Positions 48,483 through 56,886 of a stretch of 64,000 bases of DNA are shown piece after piece (position 1 is the first letter of the stretch; every line of letters starts with the position of its first letter). The notes under the pieces were generated by a model that saw only the letters and a program-made list of their open reading frames with translations, was not told the DNA's origin and searched no databases. A program made the position numbers and the translations under genes. Origin of the DNA: Candidatus Poribacteria bacterium (GTDB lineage: Bacteria; Poribacteria; WGA-4E; WGA-3G); contig JAPOZO010000005.1 of the NCBI GenBank assembly GCA_026706025.1, positions 291 through 64,290 on the forward strand, read 5' to 3'.

Positions 48483-49241
48483 TTATCGAATCTGTTTTAT
48501 CCATGCCCACGTTATTGCCAACTTATCTTCCGGGTCAACGGAAAGCGGTTCGAGGTCGAGGTCTTTGGTGACATCAATATAATTCGGTTTTCCAAACCCA
48601 CCTTTGCCATCATTCCCGTTTTTGGTATTATCGTTGGCATCACTCCCATCAAAAGTGTAGTGTGCGTTCAAGCCCTTTTCATCGCCGTTGAGTACCTTCA
48701 TCATGAATTCATTAATCTCATCTTCGGTCCGAGCGACTTCCCAGATACGGATTTCATCAATAGCACCTGTACAGAACCAATTTTGACTATCACCGACACC
48801 GATATAGAGCGAAGCATCGGTTGCTGCTAATTCCTTTGCATCAAAGGGCGCGGCACCCTTCTCCTCCCCATCAATATAGACCCGCATCTCTTTACCGTCC
48901 CAGACCCCAGCGACATGCTGCCATTCGTTCGGCTCCAATCCAGGGACATCAAGGATTTTGGTGCCGGGCCAGAGGACAAATCGTAATCCGTTTCCATTTT
49001 GGACAATCTCTGGAAAGATGTAATCCCTTTGACCGCCCCAGTCCTTTGCGAGGCATTCACCAACAGGCTTACTCATGTTCATCCACGCCTCTATCGTTAT
49101 CGCTTTTTTGGGATTCAAACTGTCACTGTTTGGGACTTCAATCGCCGTTTCGCCATCCAATTCGAGTGCCATATTTTTCGCGCAAAGTGCGTTAGGCATT
49201 ACCAGACCGATAGCGAGGGCTATAAAAAGCAGAACTTTCAT
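48483..49241 (-). CDS. Secreted LamG / concanavalin A-like domain protein (252 aa), paralog of 7062-7820
   Basis: A signal peptide (MKVLLFIALAIGLVMPNALCA) is present. The motif is YTFDGSDANDNTKNGNDG. The C-terminal tail DKLAITWAWIKQIR matches GKLAITWAALKRD of the paralog. Confidence 0.65.
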   Translation of the reverse strand: MKVLLFIALAIGLVMPNALCAKNMALELDGETAIEVPNSDSLNPKKAITIEAWMNMSKPVGECLAKDWGGQRDYIFPEIVQNGNGLRFVLWPGTKILDVPGLEPNEWQHVAGVWDGKEMRVYIDGEEKGAAPFDAKELAATDASLYIGVGDSQNWFCTGAIDEIRIWEVARTEDEINEFMMKVLNGDEKGLNAHYTFDGSDANDNTKNGNDGKGGFGKPNYIDVTKDLDLEPLSVDPEDKLAITWAWIKQIR

Positions 49242-49308
49242 GGTCTTCCTCCTGAATCGTCATTTTTCGGTTAGCAATTAGAACTCGTTTGCTACAAATC
49301 AGTTAAAA

Positions 49309-50241
49309 CTAAGATGCCAAATCGTCAAGCATCTGGCGGATGTTATGTTCACCACTATCAATAAATAGTGGTGCCAAGGGACCTCTACCGTGTAAGGTTT
49401 GAAGTAGGGTATCAATCTGTATCATACGCTGCTGTGGTGTGCGGCACCTGAGCCACCTTTTAACGAACTCACGCGCAGGCCTGGGGTTGCCGGTTCTCAG
49501 TGAACGGGCGCTTTTACGCCACGCCTGCCATCTGAAAGTATATCCACAACCTGAACATTCGAGTTTTTCGTCCTTCTTTTTTAAGCTCCTACGGTAATCC
49601 CGCCACCGGCGTTTGTAGCCGCAGGCTGTACATTCGATATTGCCGTGCTGATGGAGAGCAACCGCTTGACACTTCGGACAGTGCAACGTAGGACTGGGTT
49701 TCCGAGCTCTGACAGTTTGATTTCTTGGTGGACGGTCTGGTTTACGGACGAGGTCAAGACAGTGCGGGCACGGTAAGAGGACACGGGTTCTCACCGATTG
49801 ATTGTAGGCTTCCTGCGACCAAGTTTTACCACAGGCACATCGCAATACAATTTCTTTGTGTAGAACGGCGCGACAATCGAAACATCGCGGGACGTCTCGA
49901 AGTGCTTGTCGGCAGTCGCGCCAGAGCAGTCGTTCTCCGCAGTGCGTGCAGCGAAACCAGTTCTCGTGAGTTCCACCTTCGCCGGTACTAAAGAGCGGGT
50001 CAATCCGGCGTTCTACTTTTGCTTTGCACTGCGGACAAGGCACATGTCCTTCGCGGTAGACATCGGCGACTGTAGCGATGTCCATACAGCGCGCATAAAG
50101 TTCCCAACCGACATCGTGTAGTAACAAATCGTCGTAGATGCCGAGTCGGGTATATCGGTAAAGTCTTCGGATTTTGATGGGTTTTACGCGAGGTGCCCAA
50201 TTCATAGTGGTTCCTTCATCTTCTAAGATTTTCTTTTTCAT
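49309..50241 (-). CDS. Basic multi-zinc-ribbon protein (8 CxxC pairs), hypothetical
   Basis: The start is ATG 50241 (the ORF track's longer start would overlap hicA). The CxxC pairs are CPQC, CTHC, CFDC, CACG, CPHC, CPKC, CTAC and CSGC. The protein is Arg/Lys-rich. Confidence 0.5.
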   Translation of the reverse strand: MKKKILEDEGTTMNWAPRVKPIKIRRLYRYTRLGIYDDLLLHDVGWELYARCMDIATVADVYREGHVPCPQCKAKVERRIDPLFSTGEGGTHENWFRCTHCGERLLWRDCRQALRDVPRCFDCRAVLHKEIVLRCACGKTWSQEAYNQSVRTRVLLPCPHCLDLVRKPDRPPRNQTVRARKPSPTLHCPKCQAVALHQHGNIECTACGYKRRWRDYRRSLKKKDEKLECSGCGYTFRWQAWRKSARSLRTGNPRPAREFVKRWLRCRTPQQRMIQIDTLLQTLHGRGPLAPLFIDSGEHNIRQMLDDLAS

Positions 50242-50251
50242 GAATGTAATA

Positions 50252-50482
50252 CTATTTAGATGAATGCAACTCCATAAATTCGTTGACACCGAGTTGTGCC
50301 TGTCTGATAATGCTACGCAAGGTGCCTCTATCCAGTTCCTTGTGATTCGGGACAACAACTTGGGCGAATGGCTTATCACGACGCAAAATCAGATGACTGC
50401 CCTGCTGTCGTCTGAGGTAAAATCCTACTTTGGCAAGGGTTTTCACACATTCTTTCCCTGAAATCCTCGGTAACCCACTCAT
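50252..50482 (-). CDS. hicA: HicA-family mRNA interferase toxin
   Basis: A 76-aa ORF carries GKECVKTLAKVGFYLRRQQGSHLIL, the YcfA/HicA double-stranded-RNA-binding-like fold signature. Confidence 0.8.
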   Translation of the reverse strand: MSGLPRISGKECVKTLAKVGFYLRRQQGSHLILRRDKPFAQVVVPNHKELDRGTLRSIIRQAQLGVNEFMELHSSK

Positions 50483-50685
50483 ACGGCTAACAACAACGCC
50501 TCAAAATGTTCTTCAGGTACCGGCAGTCCATCTTCTTTAAGGGCAACAATATATCCGTCAATTGCTTCTCTGATATTGCTGACAGCTTCTTGCTTTGTTT
50601 CAGCTTGACTGATACAACCGGGTAAACTGGGGCATTCAGCAACCCAATAACCATCTTCACCCGGATAAATAACCACTTGTCTCAC
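50479..50685 (-). CDS. hicB: HicB-family antitoxin (UPF0150)
   Basis: A 68-aa ORF carries YPGEDGYWVAECPSLPGCISQAETKQEAVSNIREAI, the RNase-H-like partial fold of HicB. It overlaps hicA by 4 nt. Confidence 0.75.
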   Translation of the reverse strand: MRQVVIYPGEDGYWVAECPSLPGCISQAETKQEAVSNIREAIDGYIVALKEDGLPVPEEHFEALLLAV

Positions 50686-50760
50686 TTTTTACCTCCAATA
50701 TAAAGACCTTGCCCAAGAACCAAGGTTACGAAAAATTAATCTTTCTATCCGTCCTACAGG

Positions 50761-51780
50761 TCATGCCGGAATTTGAACGACTTCTCCGGTTTCAACGCTA
50801 CGACTAATCGCTTCCAAGACGCGCATGTTCTGGTAGGCATCTTCAAGGCTTGAGTGTGGTTGTGTCCCTGCTTGGAGCGACTGTGCCCAATGCTGCATCT
50901 CTTCAAGATAGCCGGGTCTACCGACACCATGATACGCGGTGTTGAGGGTCCATTCCTCAGTCGGTGTATCGGCATAACCGCCACCGAAGCCGAGCCATGT
51001 CGGATTACGATAACGGCGCAATTTGCGCGTCTCTAACACCTGAATCGCCTGATTGCCGGTGCCTTTGACAAAAACCATCGCTTCTAAAACCGGACCGGTG
51101 CCGAGCGTCATCGTGCCCATACCGCCGTTCTCGTAACGCAGATTCACGGACATTGAAACTGTACTGGATGCTGCGTCAACCGTGCCTATCGCGAAGACCT
51201 CGCTAACCTGTCCCATAAAGAAACGCATGCAATCGGTCGGATGAATCACTTGATCAAGCATGAAGGACCATGCAAAGGGTGATCCTGCCGCCTGAAGCCT
51301 CGGACCCGGTGCGAGGTATCGGGTATGATATTGGCAGACTGCACCGAACTCATCTTCGTCCATTAACCGCTTGGCAATCTGGTGTGCAGGCGCATGTCGC
51401 CACATTGTGCCGACCATACCTGTTTTGCCAGTCTCAACTGACGCATCAACGAGCATTTTCGCGCCTTCAGCGGTGGTCGCGGGCGGCTTTTCTGTATAGA
51501 TGTGATAGCCTTGTTGGAGACACGCAATACCGATGTCGCGATGCAGTTTATCCTCAGGTCTGCCGACAACAGCGACAGCGTAGAGATCTTCATTTCTGAA
51601 CATCTCGTTGTAATCGGTATAGTGGCGGAGCGCGCCGAATCTTCGAGCGTTTGATGCCGCCTTCTCTTCAACGAGATCACACGTAGCAACAAATTCAAAC
51701 TCAGGCACCATCGGTATGCACTGTTGCAATTGCGACGACATACCACCACAACCGATAAAAGCGATTCGGATTTTGTCCAT
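50761..51780 (-). CDS. Gfo/Idh/MocA family oxidoreductase
   Basis: The N-terminal Rossmann motif is IRIAFIGCGGMS. The EKP motif is present (YTEKPPA). Confidence 0.85.
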   Translation of the reverse strand: MDKIRIAFIGCGGMSSQLQQCIPMVPEFEFVATCDLVEEKAASNARRFGALRHYTDYNEMFRNEDLYAVAVVGRPEDKLHRDIGIACLQQGYHIYTEKPPATTAEGAKMLVDASVETGKTGMVGTMWRHAPAHQIAKRLMDEDEFGAVCQYHTRYLAPGPRLQAAGSPFAWSFMLDQVIHPTDCMRFFMGQVSEVFAIGTVDAASSTVSMSVNLRYENGGMGTMTLGTGPVLEAMVFVKGTGNQAIQVLETRKLRRYRNPTWLGFGGGYADTPTEEWTLNTAYHGVGRPGYLEEMQHWAQSLQAGTQPHSSLEDAYQNMRVLEAISRSVETGEVVQIPA

Positions 51781-51918
51781 AGCCTATTTATTCTCCAATC
51801 ATATTTTTTGTGATTTAAATTACTGCTTTGTCCATCTAAACCTTGCGGCTCAAAGGTCGCGATCAGGAGATCGCTCCTACAAGAAGATGTTTTGAAAATA
51901 GATAAAAGCCTACCTTCC

Positions 51919-52638
51919 TCATTCTAAACCTAACAGGTCTGCCAATTCATTAAAATCACCAGCGATAAGGTCAGAAGGGTGTGCTGCTACCTCTCGGAGG
52001 TTGTCAGGCCCGTATTCCAAAGGGCGCGGTACGAGTGCTGTTTGAAAACCGACAGCTTGCGCCGCTCGGAGATCACCGGGATGTGCTGCGACCATCATAA
52101 CTTCACTCGGAGACAGACCGAGCAGGTCGGCAGCGGTCTGGTAAACCTCTGGATCCGGTTTGTAATGTCCCGTTAATTCAGCAGATAAAATACAATCCCA
52201 CGGCAGTCCTGCGAATTTCGCCATGTTCGTCAATAACGCGACGTTACCGTTAGACAGTGTTGCGACGATATAGCGTTTGCGTAACCGTTCCAACCCGTCA
52301 ATAGCATCGGACCACGGCTTGAGACGATGCCAGACCCGATTCAGATGATCTTTATCGGCTTCACTCAAGTCAATGATTTTGAATTCGGCAAGCAGACTGT
52401 CCAAGATAAGCCGATGCAGTGCGTCAATGTTCTGCCAAGGTAATTCGCCGCGCCGAACTTTATCCATTGCGGGCCCGTATCCGGCACGCCACTTCAAGGC
52501 GAATTGCGCCCAATCAATATCAATGCCGTGGGTATCGCCAAATTTTTCACCTTCGGCAACGATTGAACCGTACCAATCTACAACCGTCCCGAAGACATCA
52601 AAAGTGAGGGCTTTGACTTCGGAATGCGCGTTTTGCAT
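51919..52638 (-). CDS. Haloacid dehalogenase type II (HAD superfamily, L-2-haloacid dehalogenase-like)
   Basis: The N-terminal nucleophile motif is LTFDVFGTVVDW (DxYGT). The overall 239-aa length fits. Confidence 0.8.
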   Translation of the reverse strand: MQNAHSEVKALTFDVFGTVVDWYGSIVAEGEKFGDTHGIDIDWAQFALKWRAGYGPAMDKVRRGELPWQNIDALHRLILDSLLAEFKIIDLSEADKDHLNRVWHRLKPWSDAIDGLERLRKRYIVATLSNGNVALLTNMAKFAGLPWDCILSAELTGHYKPDPEVYQTAADLLGLSPSEVMMVAAHPGDLRAAQAVGFQTALVPRPLEYGPDNLREVAAHPSDLIAGDFNELADLLGLE

Positions 52639-53005
52639 TATTTTATTCCCTTCTGATTCGCCTTCATCTGAAACTTGCTACAACATGAACTGTTTTCTCC
52701 TAACCTAAGTCATATCATACACCAACTTGCCCCTATTGTCTATTGAATTGTTGAACCTACTTTCTTAAATCAAGATACTTTTGGACCCATTCATCAGAAA
52801 GCGCATCCGCTTGCTTCTTCAACTTAGACAAAAGTCTATAGAAACGGGTAACGCAAACCTTAAGGTGCACTTTGATGTAATTTGCCTTCACACAATTTTA
52901 TCCGCATCTTTTGTTGCGAAAATCCAGTAAAAAAGCACTCTGACGCGGGTTGTACGCCAGAGTGCAGAACGATTGATTGTTATCCGAAGTCGAAGGACTT
53001 CAACA

Positions 53006-53596
53006 TTATAAGTTTGCTCTATACGGAGCTAAAAATTTCCGGAGTTGCTGAATTGCTGCGTTTTTACGTGAAGCAACAGTACCAATTGGACATTCGAGGA
53101 TCGTCGCGACCTCCTGATACGACAATCCTTGAACTTCTGTCAAGCGGAACACCACTTGATGTTCCTTCGACAACTTAGCGATTGCAGTCTGAATTGCCTC
53201 GTAAGTCTCTTTAGCGATCAGCAGGGCATCCGGAGAACAACGGGTATCTGCCATAGCAACAGCAATTGGGGGAGAGTATTCATCATCGTCTCCATAATGT
53301 GTATCCAATGATTCAACCTGAGGGGTCCTCTGCTCTTTCGCCAACTGTTTTAAACAGACATTCTTGGCGATATGATAGAGAAATGTTCTGAATTTGGCAA
53401 TGGGCCGGTACGATGGAACGCAACGCCATAACCGTAAGAATGTTTCCTGACAGAGGTCTTCCGCAAGTGTTCGGTTCTTGACAAACCGATAGATAAAGTT
53501 TAAAGTGTTTGTATAATGTCGCTCGGTTAAAATTCGGAATGCGTCTCTGTTTCCATCCTTCACAGAGAGCATCAACTGCTCGTCAGTGTGTATCAT
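53006..53596 (-). CDS. RNA polymerase ECF-type sigma-70 factor
   Basis: From M at 53596, region 2 (FRILTERHYTNTLNFIYRFVKNRTLAEDLCQETFLRLW) and region 4 (HTH near SYQEVATILECPIGTVASR) are present. Confidence 0.8.
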   Translation of the reverse strand: MIHTDEQLMLSVKDGNRDAFRILTERHYTNTLNFIYRFVKNRTLAEDLCQETFLRLWRCVPSYRPIAKFRTFLYHIAKNVCLKQLAKEQRTPQVESLDTHYGDDDEYSPPIAVAMADTRCSPDALLIAKETYEAIQTAIAKLSKEHQVVFRLTEVQGLSYQEVATILECPIGTVASRKNAAIQQLRKFLAPYRANL

Positions 53597-53923
53597 GCTT
53601 GTCTCCTCAAACGAGGAGCGTCTCAAGCGAAGGCGCGTAACCCTCCTTCCATTCCCGCATAGTGGAGGATGCCTGCTTGTTCGCTCCTTGGTCTGTGCCT
53701 TCTCCATAATCGAGTCGTAGTCCAACAACGGTGCACGTCGGCATTATTAGATGCCCGTGCCTTTCTCGAGGTGCGCTCTCCTAAAGCGCAATCCCTATTA
53801 CTACCTCTATTACCGCTATTCCATACACTCTTGCCAACCGTCCACGTACGAGACGGTGCCGTTGTTAAACACAAAACACTTTGATACATTCTATAACCCT
53901 CCTAATAGGTTAGTCATCAGACA

Positions 53924-53948
53924 GGGGTGATATTTGCACCCCTTTTTT
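53924..53948 (+). terminator. Rho-independent terminator-like hairpin on the plus strand (GGGGTG-atattt-CACCCC-TTTTTT)
   Basis: There is a perfect 6-bp GC-rich stem and a 6-nt loop followed by a T6 run. No plus-strand ORF lies upstream. Confidence 0.45.
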
Positions 53949-54069
53949 GATCTATAAAAAAAGATTGTCAATAGTTTAACCCATAGACTTCAAAACAATT
54001 CATTTAAAATTAAAAAAAATTACATTTTTATTTTTCGTCCCAATTTTCCGAGGCGTGCGAAACATTTTT

Positions 54070-55188
54070 TTACGTCCGAACCGGTTGAAATGGTTCCAGT
54101 GACAGTGAAGGTCGCCCGGTTGTTAGCAGTTCAGCGATGAGTTGCCCCGTGATCGGTGCGAGGAGAATACCATTTTTGAAATGTCCAGATGCCAAGACAA
54201 CATTGTCATATCCGGGTAGATAGCCGAGCAGGGGACCGTTTTTGGCATAAGGACGTAAACCTGCCCACGTTTGCACAAAAGTGCTGTGTGCGAGTTGAGG
54301 AGCGATGGCAATGCCCGCGTCAATCATCTGCTTTGCTCCATCTACCGTCGCGGTTTTGTCATAGCCGACGTATTCGACAGTTGCCCCGAGTAGAATTTTG
54401 CCATCCGCCCTCGGCACGATATAGATACCCAGTCCATCAACAATATGTCGAAAAGGTGGCGGCATTGCTTCAATGAGAACAATTTGTCCCTTCGCGGGTC
54501 CAATCTGTATTGGCACATCAAGCTGAGCCGTTAGTGCCCCCGCCCAGCACCCAGCGGCAATCACGAAGGTATTCGCGTATACAGTTTCACCGTTTACAAC
54601 GACCCCAATGAGGCGTTTCCCCTCATACTCACTGTCTCGGATAAAGTTCGTAACAGGGTTGCCGAGTAGGAACTGCGCACCGAGTTGCGCAGCAGCTTTT
54701 GCGAGTGCAATCACCATTTTGGGGTTGCGCACCTGGGCATCCTCAGGAAACAGAACTGCCCCAGCGATAGATTTTGAGAGTGCTGGCTCTAACTGCCACG
54801 CCCCTGCAGGGGTCAAGATTTCCGCTGAAAAGCCGCGTTTTACGCGCCGATCTGCAAGACCTATTAACCCTGCAGCCTCAACCTCGTTAAAAAATACCGA
54901 CAGCGTGCCAGACTGAATAAACTCAATATCAATCTGGGTTTCCGCACGAAGTTCTTCCGCCAACGTCGGATAGAGTGCGAGACTCGCTCGGCAGAGCGTC
55001 GGATACGGTTCATGCGTTGTGGCATGTGAGGTTAAAATCCCTGCACCTGCCCACGAGGCTTCTGTACCGACAGCGGTTGCTTTGTCAATCAATAGCGGTT
55101 TTATGTCTCGCTTGGCAAGATTGTAAGCAATGGCACATCCGATAATACCCCCACCGATAATGATGACATCTGCATGATTTCGGTTCAA
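54070..55188 (-). CDS. FAD-dependent glycine oxidase / D-amino-acid oxidase family (ThiO-like)
   Basis: The N-terminal dinucleotide motif is DVIIIGGGIIGCAIAYNLA. The C-terminus has GHFKNGILLAP, typical of DAO-family enzymes. Confidence 0.75.
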   Translation of the reverse strand: MNRNHADVIIIGGGIIGCAIAYNLAKRDIKPLLIDKATAVGTEASWAGAGILTSHATTHEPYPTLCRASLALYPTLAEELRAETQIDIEFIQSGTLSVFFNEVEAAGLIGLADRRVKRGFSAEILTPAGAWQLEPALSKSIAGAVLFPEDAQVRNPKMVIALAKAAAQLGAQFLLGNPVTNFIRDSEYEGKRLIGVVVNGETVYANTFVIAAGCWAGALTAQLDVPIQIGPAKGQIVLIEAMPPPFRHIVDGLGIYIVPRADGKILLGATVEYVGYDKTATVDGAKQMIDAGIAIAPQLAHSTFVQTWAGLRPYAKNGPLLGYLPGYDNVVLASGHFKNGILLAPITGQLIAELLTTGRPSLSLEPFQPVRT

Positions 55189-55445
55189 GTTTTCCTCCGC
55201 CTTATCAGAAATCGCAACGACTACAAGTTACAGATAGTTTAGCATAGAATCGGTCGTTTGTCAATCTGGCTTGAGGCATTCAGCCATCAGTAAGTGTAGC
55301 GAAAAAATCTTACACGGAAAATCGAAACTATACGAGAACTGAAGGGTTCTGGTTTATACACATTTTTGGATGCACTTTACTGAGGTGCAAAGATAAAAAC
55401 ATATCCAAAAACCGGTATTCAGGAGATCATTTTGTGGATTGTCGC

Positions 55446-55474
55446 TTGAATTCTCAACGGGTTTCGTGTATAAT
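55446..55474 (+). promoter_or_regulatory. Sigma70-like promoter (TTGAAT, 17-nt spacer, TATAAT) upstream of eutN-like gene
   Basis: TTGAAT is at 55446-55451 and TATAAT at 55469-55474, about 58 nt before the ATG. Confidence 0.4.
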
Positions 55475-55531
55475 TTTTAGAGAAATAGTGCAAAGTGAAC
55501 TATTTTTAACTCATAAGAAAGGTTTAAGTAA

Positions 55532-55819
55532 ATGATCCTTGGAAAAGTTACTGGGACAATCGTCGCGACGCAGAAAGATGAAAAACTCATCGGAAGCAAA
55601 CTGATGGTTGTCCAAGATGTGGATCTGAATGGAGAAGTAGACCGAAAATATACAGTCGCTGTGGATGCGGTTGGCGCGGGTATCGGCGAGATTGTCCTCG
55701 TCGCAACGGGGAGTTCTGCTCGACAGACCCAAGTTACATCAAACAAACCGATCGATGCCGTGATTATGGCGATTGTTGATACCGTAGAAGTCGCCGGAAA
55801 AGTTCGGTATCATAAGTAG
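55532..55819 (+). CDS. Bacterial microcompartment vertex protein (EutN/CcmL/PduN family, BMC-V)
   Basis: The motifs MILGKVTGTIVATQKDEKLIGSKLMVVQ ... AVDAVGAGIGEIVLVATGSSAR ... IDAVIMAIVD match the pentameric BMC vertex family. Confidence 0.85.
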   Translation: MILGKVTGTIVATQKDEKLIGSKLMVVQDVDLNGEVDRKYTVAVDAVGAGIGEIVLVATGSSARQTQVTSNKPIDAVIMAIVDTVEVAGKVRYHK

Positions 55820-55864
55820 GAACGGGATCGGGGTTACACACGCGCATCTATAAGGAAAAAAATA

Positions 55865-56434
55865 ATGGAACGTGAACACGTCCGCGCTGAAGTGCTTCGC
55901 CAACGCGATGAACTCGCACCGGAAGTCCGTGCCGCGTTCAGCCGACAGATTGTCGATTCGGTTATGTCTTGGATACAAAATGAGGGTTTCGATGCCGTGA
56001 TGCTCTATCTCAACATGCGGAGCGAGGTCGAAACGGACAGTCTCCTTGAAAGGTTGCTCCACTCAGGAACACATGTCTGCGCACCTGTTGTAGATACGGA
56101 CGAAAACCGACTCATACCGCGGCGAATTCAGAAAGGAAAAACAGCGTTGGTACGGCATCGCTACGGTATGTTAGAACCGAACACAGCATGCCCACTTGTT
56201 CCCATAACCGAGCTTCAACTCATTATCGTTCCCGGTATCGCTTTTGATTGTAAAGGGTATCGCCTCGGATACGGTAAAGGTTTCTACGACCGATTTCTTG
56301 CAGCGTGTTCACACACTATCCCGATTGGACTGGCATACCAGATACAAGTCGTAGAAGATACGTTCCCGCAAGTATGGGATGTACCAGTTAAACACATTTT
56401 TACAGAGACCAATAGGATAGACAGTCATGAATAA
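55865..56434 (+). CDS. 5-formyltetrahydrofolate cyclo-ligase (MTHFS)
   Basis: The C-terminal signature is IIVPGIAFDCKGYRLGYGKGFYDRFL. Confidence 0.85.
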   Translation: MEREHVRAEVLRQRDELAPEVRAAFSRQIVDSVMSWIQNEGFDAVMLYLNMRSEVETDSLLERLLHSGTHVCAPVVDTDENRLIPRRIQKGKTALVRHRYGMLEPNTACPLVPITELQLIIVPGIAFDCKGYRLGYGKGFYDRFLAACSHTIPIGLAYQIQVVEDTFPQVWDVPVKHIFTETNRIDSHE

Positions 56435-56478
56435 AGCGTTGGACGCGGCACGGGGACCACGTCCAAGAAAAGAGTAGC

Positions 56479-56886
56479 TCACTTGGCATCAACAAAGGGT
56501 CTCAACTTTTCCAGCGTCTTTACCCCGATCCCCTTGACGTTCTGAATAGCATCTACACTGTCAAAATCGCCGTGTTGCGTCCGGTAATCCACAATCCGTT
56601 GTGCTGTCGCCTCGCCAATGTTGGGGAGGGTTTGAAGTTCCTCAGTTGAAGCAGTATTGATGTTAAGAAGTGCCGGTTTGTTTAGGGTCGACTTTGCCCG
56701 ATTTTGTGGATGTTCGTCGTTCGGAACAGCGATCAGGTCCGGTTTTCCAAGGAACACCACTGGTGCGAATCGCCGCAACCCCCAGAAACCTGCCCCCGCT
56801 AAAATCAGTATCACGAGGAAAGTAACTGCCCGCCAATAATGGCGTTCCACTGCATTTTCCACGTTATTCATCTCTATTTTCCTCAA
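56479..56886 (-). CDS. comEA: ComEA-like helix-hairpin-helix DNA-binding protein
   Basis: An N-terminal TM segment is present. The C-terminal tandem HhH is LNINTASTEELQTLPNIGEATAQRIVDYR...VKGIGVKTLEKL. Confidence 0.75.
   Translation of the reverse strand: MRKIEMNNVENAVERHYWRAVTFLVILILAGAGFWGLRRFAPVVFLGKPDLIAVPNDEHPQNRAKSTLNKPALLNINTASTEELQTLPNIGEATAQRIVDYRTQHGDFDSVDAIQNVKGIGVKTLEKLRPFVDAK

Noticed and set aside
53623-53889. 88-aa ORF upstream of the ECF sigma gene, considered as an anti-sigma factor
   Set aside because: It lies upstream rather than downstream of the sigma gene. It has no transmembrane or zinc-finger anti-sigma features and overlaps the sigma leader region.
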